Shown here piece after piece: positions 10,556 to 20,342 of a stretch of DNA of 64,000 nucleotides. A model generated the notes under the pieces. That model searched no databases. It saw only the letters and a list, made by a program, of their open reading frames with translations, and had not been told where the DNA came from. Both the position numbers and the translations under genes were made by a program. The stretch is from Naegleria gruberi (Eukaryota), in assembly GCA_000004985.1 (NCBI GenBank), contig GG738890.1. One strand, given 5' to 3'. Within the stretch, counting starts at the first letter, position 1. Each line of letters begins with the position of its first letter.

Positions 10556-11577
10556 ATTTCCAACTTCTTTCTCTTCTTACAATATTTAAATTGTGGTACT
10601 TTAAGTTTCCACTTTTGTCTTTTATCTTCATTGAACCATTGTGCAATCCAACCATCATCATCATCCATATATTCAACAATTGGTTGATCAGCTGTAGCAA
10701 CACCACTTGCTTTAACTGCAACTGGTTTTTCAACTTGTGGGCTTGAAGTAACAGCAGATGATGAAGCAGTACGAGGAATGTGACCATGTGATTGATAATG
10801 ATCATCTTGGAGATTACTACTACTTGTCGAATGTTTTGTTGTGTTCGTTGCTGCTGTAGTTGGATAATGACTCATTGAATGATGGTGATGATTAGAACTT
10901 GAATTTAAAACTGTTGTTGGAATGGAAAAACTTGGAATTGTTTCACCCATAGATTGAAGAACCATTGCTTGTTGTTTTTCAGATGATCCATTCATACTAA
11001 TTGATCCATTATTATTAGAATTGGTTGATAATTGTGGATAGGCTGATGAACTTAGGGATGGGAGAGAAAAATTAGGTGTTGAAAGTGATGGATAATTCTG
11101 GGAATTTGCCTGCTGTTGTGGATTCATATTGAATAAAGAAGGAAGAGGTCCTTGTTGATTCATATTTTGTTGTTGTTGCGAATTTATAAATAGTGTAGGA
11201 TCAGAGGCAGCTACTGAAGTACGTGCTTGTTGATAACTCATTTGATTATTATATACAATTTGTTGTTGTTGTTGATGTTGTTGTTGGGTAGGTGTTGAAA
11301 AAGTAGGACTTGATTGGAATAATGTCGATTGCAATGTAGAAGGACTGGTTATATTAAAGAATGATGATTCCAATGGCAGTGAAGTTGCCGAAGCCAATTG
11401 ATGTTGTTGTTGATGACCAAAGGCAGCTAAACCAAGCAATGAATTTGTAACACCACTATTGTTGCTACTGATTGATATCGTTGAAGTAGCACCACCAAAA
11501 TTTGTACTATTCGTTGTAGTTACCGAAGTAGGAGTTAGAGGAGATGTTTGTTGTCTTTCTTTCAATATCTTCTTCAT
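10552..11577 (-). CDS. Q/N/S-rich low-complexity protein, 5' segment (probably the same gene as 9272..10555)
   Basis: 341-aa ORF, poly-Q encoded by CAA runs, S/T/N-rich; ends ...KRKKLEI 4 nt inside the next ORF. Confidence 0.45.
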   Translation of the reverse strand: MKKILKERQQTSPLTPTSVTTTNSTNFGGATSTISISSNNSGVTNSLLGLAAFGHQQQHQLASATSLPLESSFFNITSPSTLQSTLFQSSPTFSTPTQQQHQQQQQIVYNNQMSYQQARTSVAASDPTLFINSQQQQNMNQQGPLPSLFNMNPQQQANSQNYPSLSTPNFSLPSLSSSAYPQLSTNSNNNGSISMNGSSEKQQAMVLQSMGETIPSFSIPTTVLNSSSNHHHHSMSHYPTTAATNTTKHSTSSSNLQDDHYQSHGHIPRTASSSAVTSSPQVEKPVAVKASGVATADQPIVEYMDDDDGWIAQWFNEDKRQKWKLKVPQFKYCKKRKKLEI

Positions 11578-11715
11578 TGATGAAACGTCTTGATCCGGTG
11601 TGTGACCTCGTTAATTACTGCTGTGTTGTGGTGGATTATTGCAAGGGAATACCGTTGAAAATTAACAATCTTCTAAATGAAACTAAAAATAGTCTGTTAG
11701 AAGGAAAAGGACAAT

Positions 11716-11727
11716 TTGCGCGCGCAA
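11716..11727. promoter_or_regulatory. 12-bp perfect GC palindrome TTGCGCGCGCAA (E2F-site-like, TTTGCGCGC) ~140 bp upstream of the Q/N-rich gene start
   Basis: read directly; resembles a palindromic E2F/DP site TTTSGCGC; conspicuous in an AT-rich spacer. Confidence 0.25.
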
Positions 11728-12486
11728 TGAGAAGGAAGGGTTTTTCTTTTGAGCGAACTAAATTATTATCAAACTTTTTGTCAACCAAGAGAGAAAGGAT
11801 GCAATATTTGAGTTGTTGTTGTTATTGAAGCTCTAGATTGTCCAAACAATTATTATTACTGTAACAACAAGCTTGGAGTGAAGAGAGAACTTCAATTGTG
11901 TGATGATAATATATTACTTGTCGGTAGATATCACAAAGTATTTTGATGGTGGAAAATGCAAAGATAATGATGAGTAAAATCTTGCAATTACTTGATGATA
12001 TTAATAAATACTAGTATGTTGATAGTCCTTCGGAAGAGATGTCCAAGTTGGGTGGATATTTTGGACAAGTCCTATTATCGTAATTGATGTGCAGTAGATA
12101 TTGAGCCTTGCGGAATGCAAATTAATATCTATTGTGAAATATTTAGACTATTCCAAAGGAAAATCAAAGAAGATGGAGATTTAAAAAAGCAATACGTGGT
12201 AAAACAATAAATTGTCAGTACTTTCTCGGACGCAAAGTTTTCCGATATTGTTTGGCAGCAATTTTTTTCTTCTAAAATGCTTCCACTTTATTTACAACAG
12301 TTTTCAAAATGAACACATCAAGATGTTATTTGTACTTTCAGCTAACAGAAATGTGTTAAGGTTGTGTGTGGATTCAACTGCACACATTGTGCAGTAACGA
12401 GGAAACAATGTAGAGGTAGGCAATGTTGCTCTTCTTCTTTCCATAATTATTGTTGTTACTTGAACGATTCCAAATATTAGAAAAAA

Positions 12487-12931
12487 TTATTTTCTTTTGT
12501 TTGTTGAGGTCTTTACAGAATTTCTTCTCATTGATGTGGTGCTTGAGGACCTTTGAGTTATGGTTGTTGTACTCTTGGAGGATTTTCTAGGTGATTGCTT
12601 CTTCTTTTCGTCGTGTGAAATTTGAGGTGATGAATTATCTTTGATAGTAAGAGGTTTTGGAGGGGAAATCAAAGGAACATCAGGAAGTGGTACATGTCTT
12701 GTCTTGATTTCTCTGTATTTAGCACCCTTTTCAGGGAGGAATGATAGAATTTCTTCTTGTATCTCTTTAATACCATTCATTTTCTTGGACGAGACAACAA
12801 TCATTTCTTCACACGTATGATTAAATGGTCTTACCCTAATTTGATTAATCAAATATTCATACTGCTTGGCTATTTCATCATCGTATAACAAATCACATTT
12901 GGTGAGAATGATTTGATTCTTGATTTTGTTT
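12487..12931 (-). CDS. GTPBP8-like: EngB/YihA-family GTPase (GTPBP8-like, probably mitochondrial), exon 2
   Basis: G4 motif LTKCD after splicing; 54-nt GTAAGT..CAG intron; C-terminal S/K-rich tail. Confidence 0.75.
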
Positions 12932-12985
12932 CTGAATGTTTGAAAAATAATTATGAATATCATGTTGAAGGTCATATAAACTTAC

Positions 12986-13875
12986 TGATTGAGAAATGTG
13001 AGGAATGAATAATCAGTTTCTTTAAATCCATGTCTTGCATCAATAAGAATGAAAACTCTTCTGAGCTTGGATGCTGTAAGTAAAAAGTTTCTAATTTGTT
13101 CTTGCCATTCTAGTCTCTTTTCTTCTTCAGCAAATGCAAAACCATATCCTGGTAAATCGACAATATTGATGGCATCCGATAATTGATAGCAATTGAGACT
13201 TTGAGTTTCACCTGGTTTGCTACTAACTGCAGCTTTGCCTCCTTTACCCGTTTTAGTGACTAGTGCATTAATTAAACTACTCTTTCCAACATTGGATCTT
13301 CCAGCAAAGACAATTTTTGGAAGTGATTGATTCATATTTTCCAATTGAACTCTTTTCAAAAATTTAGAGGAAAACAATTTTGGATAATTTTCATTAAGCT
13401 CAATTGTTTTTTCCTTTTCACCATGTTTTCTTTTACCAACAGATGCTTTATCCACTTTAATAATAACTGAAGATCTTGGTTCAATTTTCTTTCTTGATTC
13501 TGGAACAACATTTTGAATAAGTTTAGTACTCAAAAGGTTTTTCTGTTCTGCTATTTTCTTTTCAGAATTTTTAGTTTGGGCTAATTCTTTCCATTTATGC
13601 ACTCTTTGAACATCTTGAAGTTTTTTCTCTGTTTTTGATAATTTAGTTATTGTAGAATCGGAGTGATTAATTGTTGTTGGTTTTGATGGCTTTTTGAAAT
13701 TTAAAATCGAACATGTTGAAAAACTTGTTGAATTATTTTCCATAATTTTCATCATTGTCCATATTGATTGGTTTGTGCTCTGTTGTTGAATGATTTTTCG
13801 GAAAGTTGATGATGGTTGTTGCATCAAACAATTTCCAAGCTTTATGGTGTTTATCATGGTCTTCATTTTTTTCAA
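12986..13875 (-). CDS. GTPBP8-like: EngB/YihA-family GTPase (GTPBP8-like), exon 1
   Basis: G1 GRSNVGKSSLINAL, G3 DLPGYG; long N-terminal extension consistent with an organellar presequence. Confidence 0.75.
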
Positions 13876-13934
13876 TCAATTATAATAAAATTGGTTTTGC
13901 AATTTAAAGTTTTATTACAAATTTGGGAAATAAA

Positions 13935-14461
13935 TTAATTGAGGTGGTTGTTACCATCATAGAGAACTTTTAACATGTAAGCTTGTGATAAGAGAAGTTC
14001 CATCTCATTAAAAGTCCAGGTACGAGTTGGTAAATGTTGAAGGAACATGACCATTTCTGCAAAGTCCATCTTTTGAAGTCTTTCACTCCACGTCTTGAGG
14101 AATGCTGCACAAACATAAGTGTGGAAATTTTCAAATTCATCACCTTCTGCAATATAAGCATCAAACAATTTTACAACAAGTTTAAGTGATAATTCTCTCA
14201 TTAATAAACAATTCATCCATCTGAATGAGAATTGAATAAATTCTAATCCGTTCGATTGTAAATGATTAAATAGAGATTCATCAATCTTTTGAATAATTTC
14301 TTCGAGTTTGTTAACCATTCTTTGAATACCTGGTTGAGCAAATGTATAGTGATCTTGAATGAAATCAATGAATTGTGTAAAACACCAAAAACTATCACAT
14401 TCCATATGTTCCATAATTTCATTTGAAATTGTATCAGGATCACAAGTTAAAATATCACATT
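13935..14461 (-). CDS. TBC-domain Rab GTPase-activating protein (Gyp1/TBC1D22-like), exon 2
   Basis: C-terminal half of the TBC fold (DSFWCFTQFIDFIQDHYTFAQPGIQ); acceptor aatag| at 14462. Confidence 0.75.
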
Positions 14462-14549
14462 CTATTCATGATTATCATCATATAACAAAATACATTACAA
14501 ATAAATAAAAATTATTCAAAATAAGTTATTAACTATTAAAACTACTTAC

Positions 14550-15711
14550 TCATAAAATCATATAAAAATACACTCATAAATGGTGTCACAAGATCATTTA
14601 AACCTTGTACATATCCACTGGCTGGATGTCTAATACTCCATATATATAAAATTCTTTCCAAGGCTTGCTGTATTCTTGGATTTTGATAAAGTTGAAGATC
14701 TGGATTTGTTCTAATTACATCAATATGAATTTGTTTTTGAAGAGCAGTTTCTTGTTCTGTTTTTTGTAAATGTTCTTCATTATAATACTTGGACACGTAA
14801 TCAAGGTATTCCTTTCTTTTTCTATTTATAATTTGTTCGGTTCTTTCTCTATTCAATGGCATGTAACCAAGAAGAATTTTCCATACAACTGCTCTCACAG
14901 ATGAAGGTATTCCTCTCCAACTTAATTTCCGTAAATTTTCAATATCGATATCATCGTTAGAGTTTAATATTTGTCTGAATTTTTCTAATTTTGATTCAGA
15001 AACACCTTCATCATCACTCAGATAATTACTAATATTTCCAGAGTTTCTAATTACAAATGTATTTCCTGCTGATGAAGAATTTGAACCATTATCACTTCCG
15101 ATAGACATTCTTGGGCCTTCTTCAAAAGGATCATAAACTTTAGATTTTTCAGAGAGTGAATCATCTTCTGATGTTGTTATATTCGAATTTTGAGGGAAAA
15201 CACCAACAATTTGTTCGGAAATGGCTTCTATTGGGAAAGAAGCTCCTCTAACTTTTGATATTGTTCCTGGTTTTGGTGTTGTTCCCTTCTTCTTTTGCTT
15301 CTTTTGAAGTTGTTTTTGTTTTTGTTGGTAATAGTCGGGAGTATTTGTACTCCCAACAACATTACTAGTATTTGGTGTTGTTATTGTACTATTACTACTA
15401 CCTATATTATTAACAGAATTTGAATAATATTGTCCAGTTGTACTTGTACTATTATTATTACCTCCACCAGAAGGAGTTAAAGTAGAAGGAGATGTAACTG
15501 TTGATGACGAAGAGGTTGGTGTTGGTGGAGTTGATGATTTAAAGTATTTGGAAATTTTAGAGAGAAAACCATCACTACTTGGTGATGATCCAATCCCTTG
15601 ATTGGAAAATGTTCTAGTATGCCCTTGAGGATTAGAACCTGTGTTTGTTGTTGGATCAATGCTCACGTCATCCGAAGGGGATAATACAGATGAATGAGCC
15701 TGTAAAGACAT
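14550..15711 (-). CDS. TBC-domain Rab GTPase-activating protein (Gyp1/TBC1D22-like), exon 1
   Basis: Arg-finger IHIDVIRT (IxxDxxR) and Gln-finger YVQGLND (YxQ); S/T/N-rich N-terminus; GTAAGT donor at 14549. Confidence 0.8.
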
Positions 15712-15952
15712 TTTTTAATAATATTAGTGGGTAAGTAGTTGAGATGATTAATAAACGGTTACTTTTCATAAAAGTTCTTCGAAAGTACTTCATAATATTA
15801 AAGAGTTATATTATTGTTTCTATTAAATGTATCATTAAGGTTTAATGGAATGTTAATGTTTAATGATTTTCTTGTTTGGAAAATGGTAGATTATGCAAAG
15901 ATTTTCATCTATTTCAATGATAGAATGAATACAAAAATAATGTTATCGACTA

Positions 15953-16025
15953 GCCCCGCTAGCTCAGTCGGTAGAGCGTTGGACTTTTAATCCAACGGTC
16001 GTGGGTTCGAGCCCCACGTGGGGCG
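15953..16025 (+). tRNA. tRNA-Lys (anticodon UUU)
   Basis: 73-nt cloverleaf: acceptor GCCCCGC/GTGGGGC (one G-U), D-arm TAGCTCAGTCGGTAGAGC, anticodon loop CTTTTAA, T-arm GTGGGTTCGAGCCCCAC, discriminator G; no intron, CCA not encoded. Confidence 0.9.
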
Positions 16026-16161
16026 GCTTCGTTTTTGTAATGCTTCATAATCTATTTTGCAAAATTGAAATATTCAAAATCAAATAAATTAATCAAATAT
16101 TATTTTTCTCAATAAAGAAGGAAAATCAATAATGACAAAATTTAGTAGAGTTGATTTCAGA

Positions 16162-17334
16162 TTAGTTTTGATTTGGTTCGTATGGATCTCCCGAAAATGT
16201 ACTATGTCTCCTTTGAAGATTGTTGTTTGCAATCATTCCAGTATTGTTTGCTGCATTTAGTAAATTTGTACTTGAAGAAGGTAATATATGGTGGTAATAT
16301 TTCATTCTATAGTGACGTATTTCATTATTGTGAGATAATTGTTTTTTAGTATTGCCTGATCTTTCTAGCTCTACAATTTTTCTTTCATACTCTTCTATCA
16401 GTGCATTTTCTTTACAAATGGGAGAAACTTTTTCAATAATTTCAGTCCACCTTTTCATTTCATTTTCAGATCTACAAAAGAATTTATATACAACTGTGGG
16501 AGAAACAAGTTCAAAACAATAATAGAAATATACTTCCATAGGATCAACCTTTTCACATAACATTAGAAAGTTTGAATAGGTTAAAAAACTTACTCTCACT
16601 GCAATATTACTCAAAGAAATTTGCATACTCGGTTTCATGGTCTCTGACAAAATTGGAAGTGAATTTTTCATAAAGGAACTTGGAGAAGGAGATGACTGTA
16701 CAGTAGAAGATGATTTTGAGGTATTGGAGGATGAGGAAATGGAAGTAGAGGGAATATTCTTTAAATTGGAATTATTTGGAGTAATATTAACAAGGGAAGA
16801 AGGATTGGTTGTTGTTGAAGATACAGTACTACTACGAGATGATGGATCCTTTTCAGATAACGATGGAGCTACTGTTGATGTAGAAGTAGGATTTTCCTCT
16901 ATTATATTTTGTAAATATTCTGGAGGTGGTTTCTCGAATAGATTTAAAAAGTGTTGTACTTGTGGAGCTGATGAAGATGTTAAAGTTCCTGTATAATATG
17001 CAAACATTGATCCCAAAGTACTCAGTGATATTGTGGATTTTCCTGATGTATTAGAAACCTGAGCATACAATTCACAATAGTATTCTTTACAAGAAACATT
17101 CGGTATTGCTGTTGTTGTTGATGCTTTTTTAGAGTTTGATGATACAGAATTCGGAATATATAATAATCCAGCATAGAGTATGGTACTCGTCGCTGGTGTT
17201 GTTGTTGTAGTATTATTATTGTTATTATTATTGGTGGTGGCAGTATTAGATAATAATGGATTGATATTGTTCATTGAATTATTAATTCCACCATTAGTAC
17301 TAAAACCACCATTCAAAGATTGTCTATTGCTCAT
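16162..17334 (-). CDS. S/T/N-rich protein with a PH-domain-like C-terminal region
   Basis: 390-aa ORF; poly-N/poly-T tracts; C-terminal ...YFYYCFELVSPTVVYKFFCRSENEMKRWTEIIEKV resembles a PH-domain C-terminal helix. Confidence 0.4.
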   Translation of the reverse strand: MSNRQSLNGGFSTNGGINNSMNNINPLLSNTATTNNNNNNNTTTTTPATSTILYAGLLYIPNSVSSNSKKASTTTAIPNVSCKEYYCELYAQVSNTSGKSTISLSTLGSMFAYYTGTLTSSSAPQVQHFLNLFEKPPPEYLQNIIEENPTSTSTVAPSLSEKDPSSRSSTVSSTTTNPSSLVNITPNNSNLKNIPSTSISSSSNTSKSSSTVQSSPSPSSFMKNSLPILSETMKPSMQISLSNIAVRVSFLTYSNFLMLCEKVDPMEVYFYYCFELVSPTVVYKFFCRSENEMKRWTEIIEKVSPICKENALIEEYERKIVELERSGNTKKQLSHNNEIRHYRMKYYHHILPSSSTNLLNAANNTGMIANNNLQRRHSTFSGDPYEPNQN

Positions 17335-17871
17335 AATTCAAGATGATGAAATCGTAGACACATTAATATTCTCTCTTAAAACAACATAAAGGTAAAAACA
17401 CCTCACAATAATACACGACTCCAATAGGAAAATATTCTCTTACACACACGATCTAACTGGGTGAGTAAATAAAGATACAATTTTTTTACTTTTCTTCCGT
17501 TGGCCAAAGAAGTTTGCATCTTCATTGGAGGGAAATTTGAAAAGGCTTCTTCTTGATGAAAGTGCTGATTGGTTTCTGTGGCCATAGAAAATTATTCAGT
17601 GGAGAAGAATTGTTCGGACATGTTGAGCAAATAGGAGTTGGATTTTAATTCTTCAAGGACAATAAATATCTTCATTAACAAGACTAATAAAATATCAAAA
17701 GGTTCTATGATTAAAGAATAATATTCTTCATTTTGTATGACCATCGATTATTAACTCTGAATCAATAATATGAGATTTGTATTATTCATGATTTGGTGAT
17801 GATATTTAATGGTTTCATGATGAAGGCTTGCTTAACTACCGTTACAAAAATAAAAAATTAATTTAAAAAAA

Positions 17872-19740
17872 ATGATATCATCAGGTGCAACTGTTGGTTC
17901 AACCTCTTCCTCGCAAGTTGTTGCACCATCGGGTGAAAGCGATCCAACAAAATCTGTCTTGGAGGAGTGTGAGAGACATTTTTCAGAGAATGATGCCATT
18001 ACAAATCCTTATATATTTGACTATTTAAAACAATATATTAAAAATGGCGGAAAACCATCTACTATTGTTCAAATGTTGAGCAGTAGCTACAAGGGTTATC
18101 CCCAAATGACATCATTATTGTGTGATTGGATGTCTATGGCAAATATTGATAATGAGACAATTAACAAAATACTTATGGATTACTTGAAGAACTTGATCAT
18201 TGAAAATTTCGATTCAAAGAAGGCTGATGCCATTTTTACAGCTTCTCAAGATCCACCAAAGTGGCTTGAATATATGATCAATGATGTAGAATGGAGAAAT
18301 CTTATTTATCAATTATCTGAAAAACATCCTAATTGTCTCATGTTAAACTTTGCCATTCAAAGAATTAGTGAATCTGGTTATCATAACGAGATTGCTTCAG
18401 TAACAACAGCAACAACATCTTTAAAGGTATTCCATAGAATTCTAACAGATTCTATCGAAAAATTAATCCGAGAGAGTGAAGAATCTATTAGTTCTAGCCC
18501 ACAATTTTCTGATTTCAGAAAGATTTGTTGTCACTCTCAATATACATACATCTATGCTCAATGCATTATTAGATCACTAATGACTAGTGTCCCAAGTTAT
18601 AGAAGTCAATTAAGCTTACTCTCAGATGAACTCGAACAAAATGCACTTAAAGATGGTAAAGCATCTGAATACCTTATTAGAAAAATTCGTTATTTATTCC
18701 TAGAATACGAGCATCGTTACAAAATTGAACAATCTGACTATACTCAAACAGCAGCTATTTCAGATACAACCACTATAATACTTTCTATGCTTAATAGCAA
18801 TACCACAAATCCAGCTGATATCCTTAAATTGTACAAATACTATTCAAGTGCCAATCCTCCTCCTGTAGAAATGTTACAAAGTTGTGAATTTTTGGACTTG
18901 TTGATTCAGGATTTGTTTAATCCTTCAAAGAAAGTTAATCAAGCTCACAGATCAAAATATATTTTCGTATTGGCCTATGCATCAACTGCAACTAATGATG
19001 GAAATAATACTGTAAATGTAAACCCAGTTGTGAATGCTTTAGAAAAAGCTGTAGCAATTTGCTCCAACAATACACTTCCTAAGAGTGTTGCAGTATTTAG
19101 ACCATATTTGGCATATAATATTGTTTGTGTAGGAGTATTGTATTGGATTGGTATTGTTTTTACAGACTCACAATTCTCCATTACAATGTTCACACTTAAC
19201 AATACTAAATTATACATGGCTTTACTGAAAGAAATTGCCTTTAGACACGAATCACTTTCATCACTGGTATTAGCAATTGTAAAGAAGTGCTTCTTTGCTA
19301 ATCAAGGTGATTTAGATCCACTTCAAGCTATGGAAATCAAGAAAGTTTTTCTTGATGTTTTTATTTATTTAATGCAACTAGGATATGTTTTACCAACTCT
19401 TGAAACAATTCAAGGACTAGTATTAGAGAAAATGGATATGTCTTTGATTAGACATATCATTAACTCTATTCTAGATATGATTGAAAGCCCTTTCTCTCTA
19501 GAGTTTATTACTAAATTTGTAGAAATACTATGTACAGATCATGCCAGAGATGCTATCTCATCTAAGATTTCACCTAATTTCACAGTCTTTTTAAAGCATA
19601 TTGTTGAAGAAGGTTCTGAATTATACAAATTATCCAGTGATACAATATCTTTCTTTAGAAATATTTATTCTTCACAAATTTCTGTAAAATCTGAAGGTGA
19701 TAAAAAGAAGAGATCTTCTGCTTATGAAGCTGACGAATAA
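17872..19740 (+). CDS. NELFCD-like: negative elongation factor C/D (NELF-C/D, TH1-like family)
   Basis: 622-aa ORF colinear with metazoan NELF-C/D: NPADILKLYKYYSSANPPPVEMLQSCEFLDLLIQDLFNPSKKVNQAHRSKYIFVLAYAS vs NPADITVLFKMFTSMDPPPVELIRVPAFLDLFMQSLFKPGARINQDHKHKYIHILAYAAS; also PPKWLEYMINDVEWRNLIYQLSEKHPNCLMLNF. Confidence 0.8.
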   Translation: MISSGATVGSTSSSQVVAPSGESDPTKSVLEECERHFSENDAITNPYIFDYLKQYIKNGGKPSTIVQMLSSSYKGYPQMTSLLCDWMSMANIDNETINKILMDYLKNLIIENFDSKKADAIFTASQDPPKWLEYMINDVEWRNLIYQLSEKHPNCLMLNFAIQRISESGYHNEIASVTTATTSLKVFHRILTDSIEKLIRESEESISSSPQFSDFRKICCHSQYTYIYAQCIIRSLMTSVPSYRSQLSLLSDELEQNALKDGKASEYLIRKIRYLFLEYEHRYKIEQSDYTQTAAISDTTTIILSMLNSNTTNPADILKLYKYYSSANPPPVEMLQSCEFLDLLIQDLFNPSKKVNQAHRSKYIFVLAYASTATNDGNNTVNVNPVVNALEKAVAICSNNTLPKSVAVFRPYLAYNIVCVGVLYWIGIVFTDSQFSITMFTLNNTKLYMALLKEIAFRHESLSSLVLAIVKKCFFANQGDLDPLQAMEIKKVFLDVFIYLMQLGYVLPTLETIQGLVLEKMDMSLIRHIINSILDMIESPFSLEFITKFVEILCTDHARDAISSKISPNFTVFLKHIVEEGSELYKLSSDTISFFRNIYSSQISVKSEGDKKKRSSAYEADE

Positions 19741-20342
19741 ACAACACACATTATTTTCAAAACTAAACTGGTTGACCAAATGCTTTACAAATATTCATCA
19801 ACAATATGTCCCAACCTCATGGCAACGATTTTGTTTTTACAATCGTCATTGAATTGTGGCTTTTCATTTGTGTGAAACAGTTCCCAACCCATAAATGTAA
19901 GGAGAAATTGTCTCAACTCTTTTCACACTCGTCACATTTAATGTGCTTTTAATCGTTAATTGATTTTAGAACCTTTCAAAGGTTGGTACTTGTCATTGTA
20001 ATGTCAAATTTAATATTATAATTATCCATGAGTAACTATTTATCCAACAGTTTGTCCTTCCAAAGAACTTGTTTTATGTTATCTTCAACAACTTATTCTT
20101 TCCTATACCAACAATAAAATTTATAAGAAACTATTAGCCAGTACAATTTTCACATAGTTTCAAAATCATTGTTTATACATTGCTGATAGCTGAATGTTTA
20201 CTGTTGTAATTTTCTGATTTGTCGTACTATTTCTTTAAATAGGTTGCCCTTTCTCTTTGACATTATAACTGAAATCACTCAATACAAGTGACGTGGTCAT
20301 CGCTTTTATTCAATTAGAAATCAACACATAAAAAAAATTGTC

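Noticed and set aside
11544-12397. Small plus-strand ORFs 11544..11828 and 12212..12397 in the 900-bp spacer
   Set aside because: Short, no motifs, composition like surrounding non-coding DNA; more likely promoter/UTR sequence of the flanking minus-strand genes
16637-16996. Plus-strand ORFs (16637..16996 and 17180..17389) antisense to the 16162..17334 gene. Similar antisense or overlapping ORFs occur at 5943..6263, 6439..6673, 18975..19217, 22264..22497, 26809..27042, 29757..30002, 30729..31085, 42486..42668, 47327..47590, 53486..54073 and 59602..59957
   Set aside because: They lie inside longer, better-supported genes on the opposite strand or in another frame, are low-complexity mirror translations of poly-S/T/N/Q codon runs, and show no motif support
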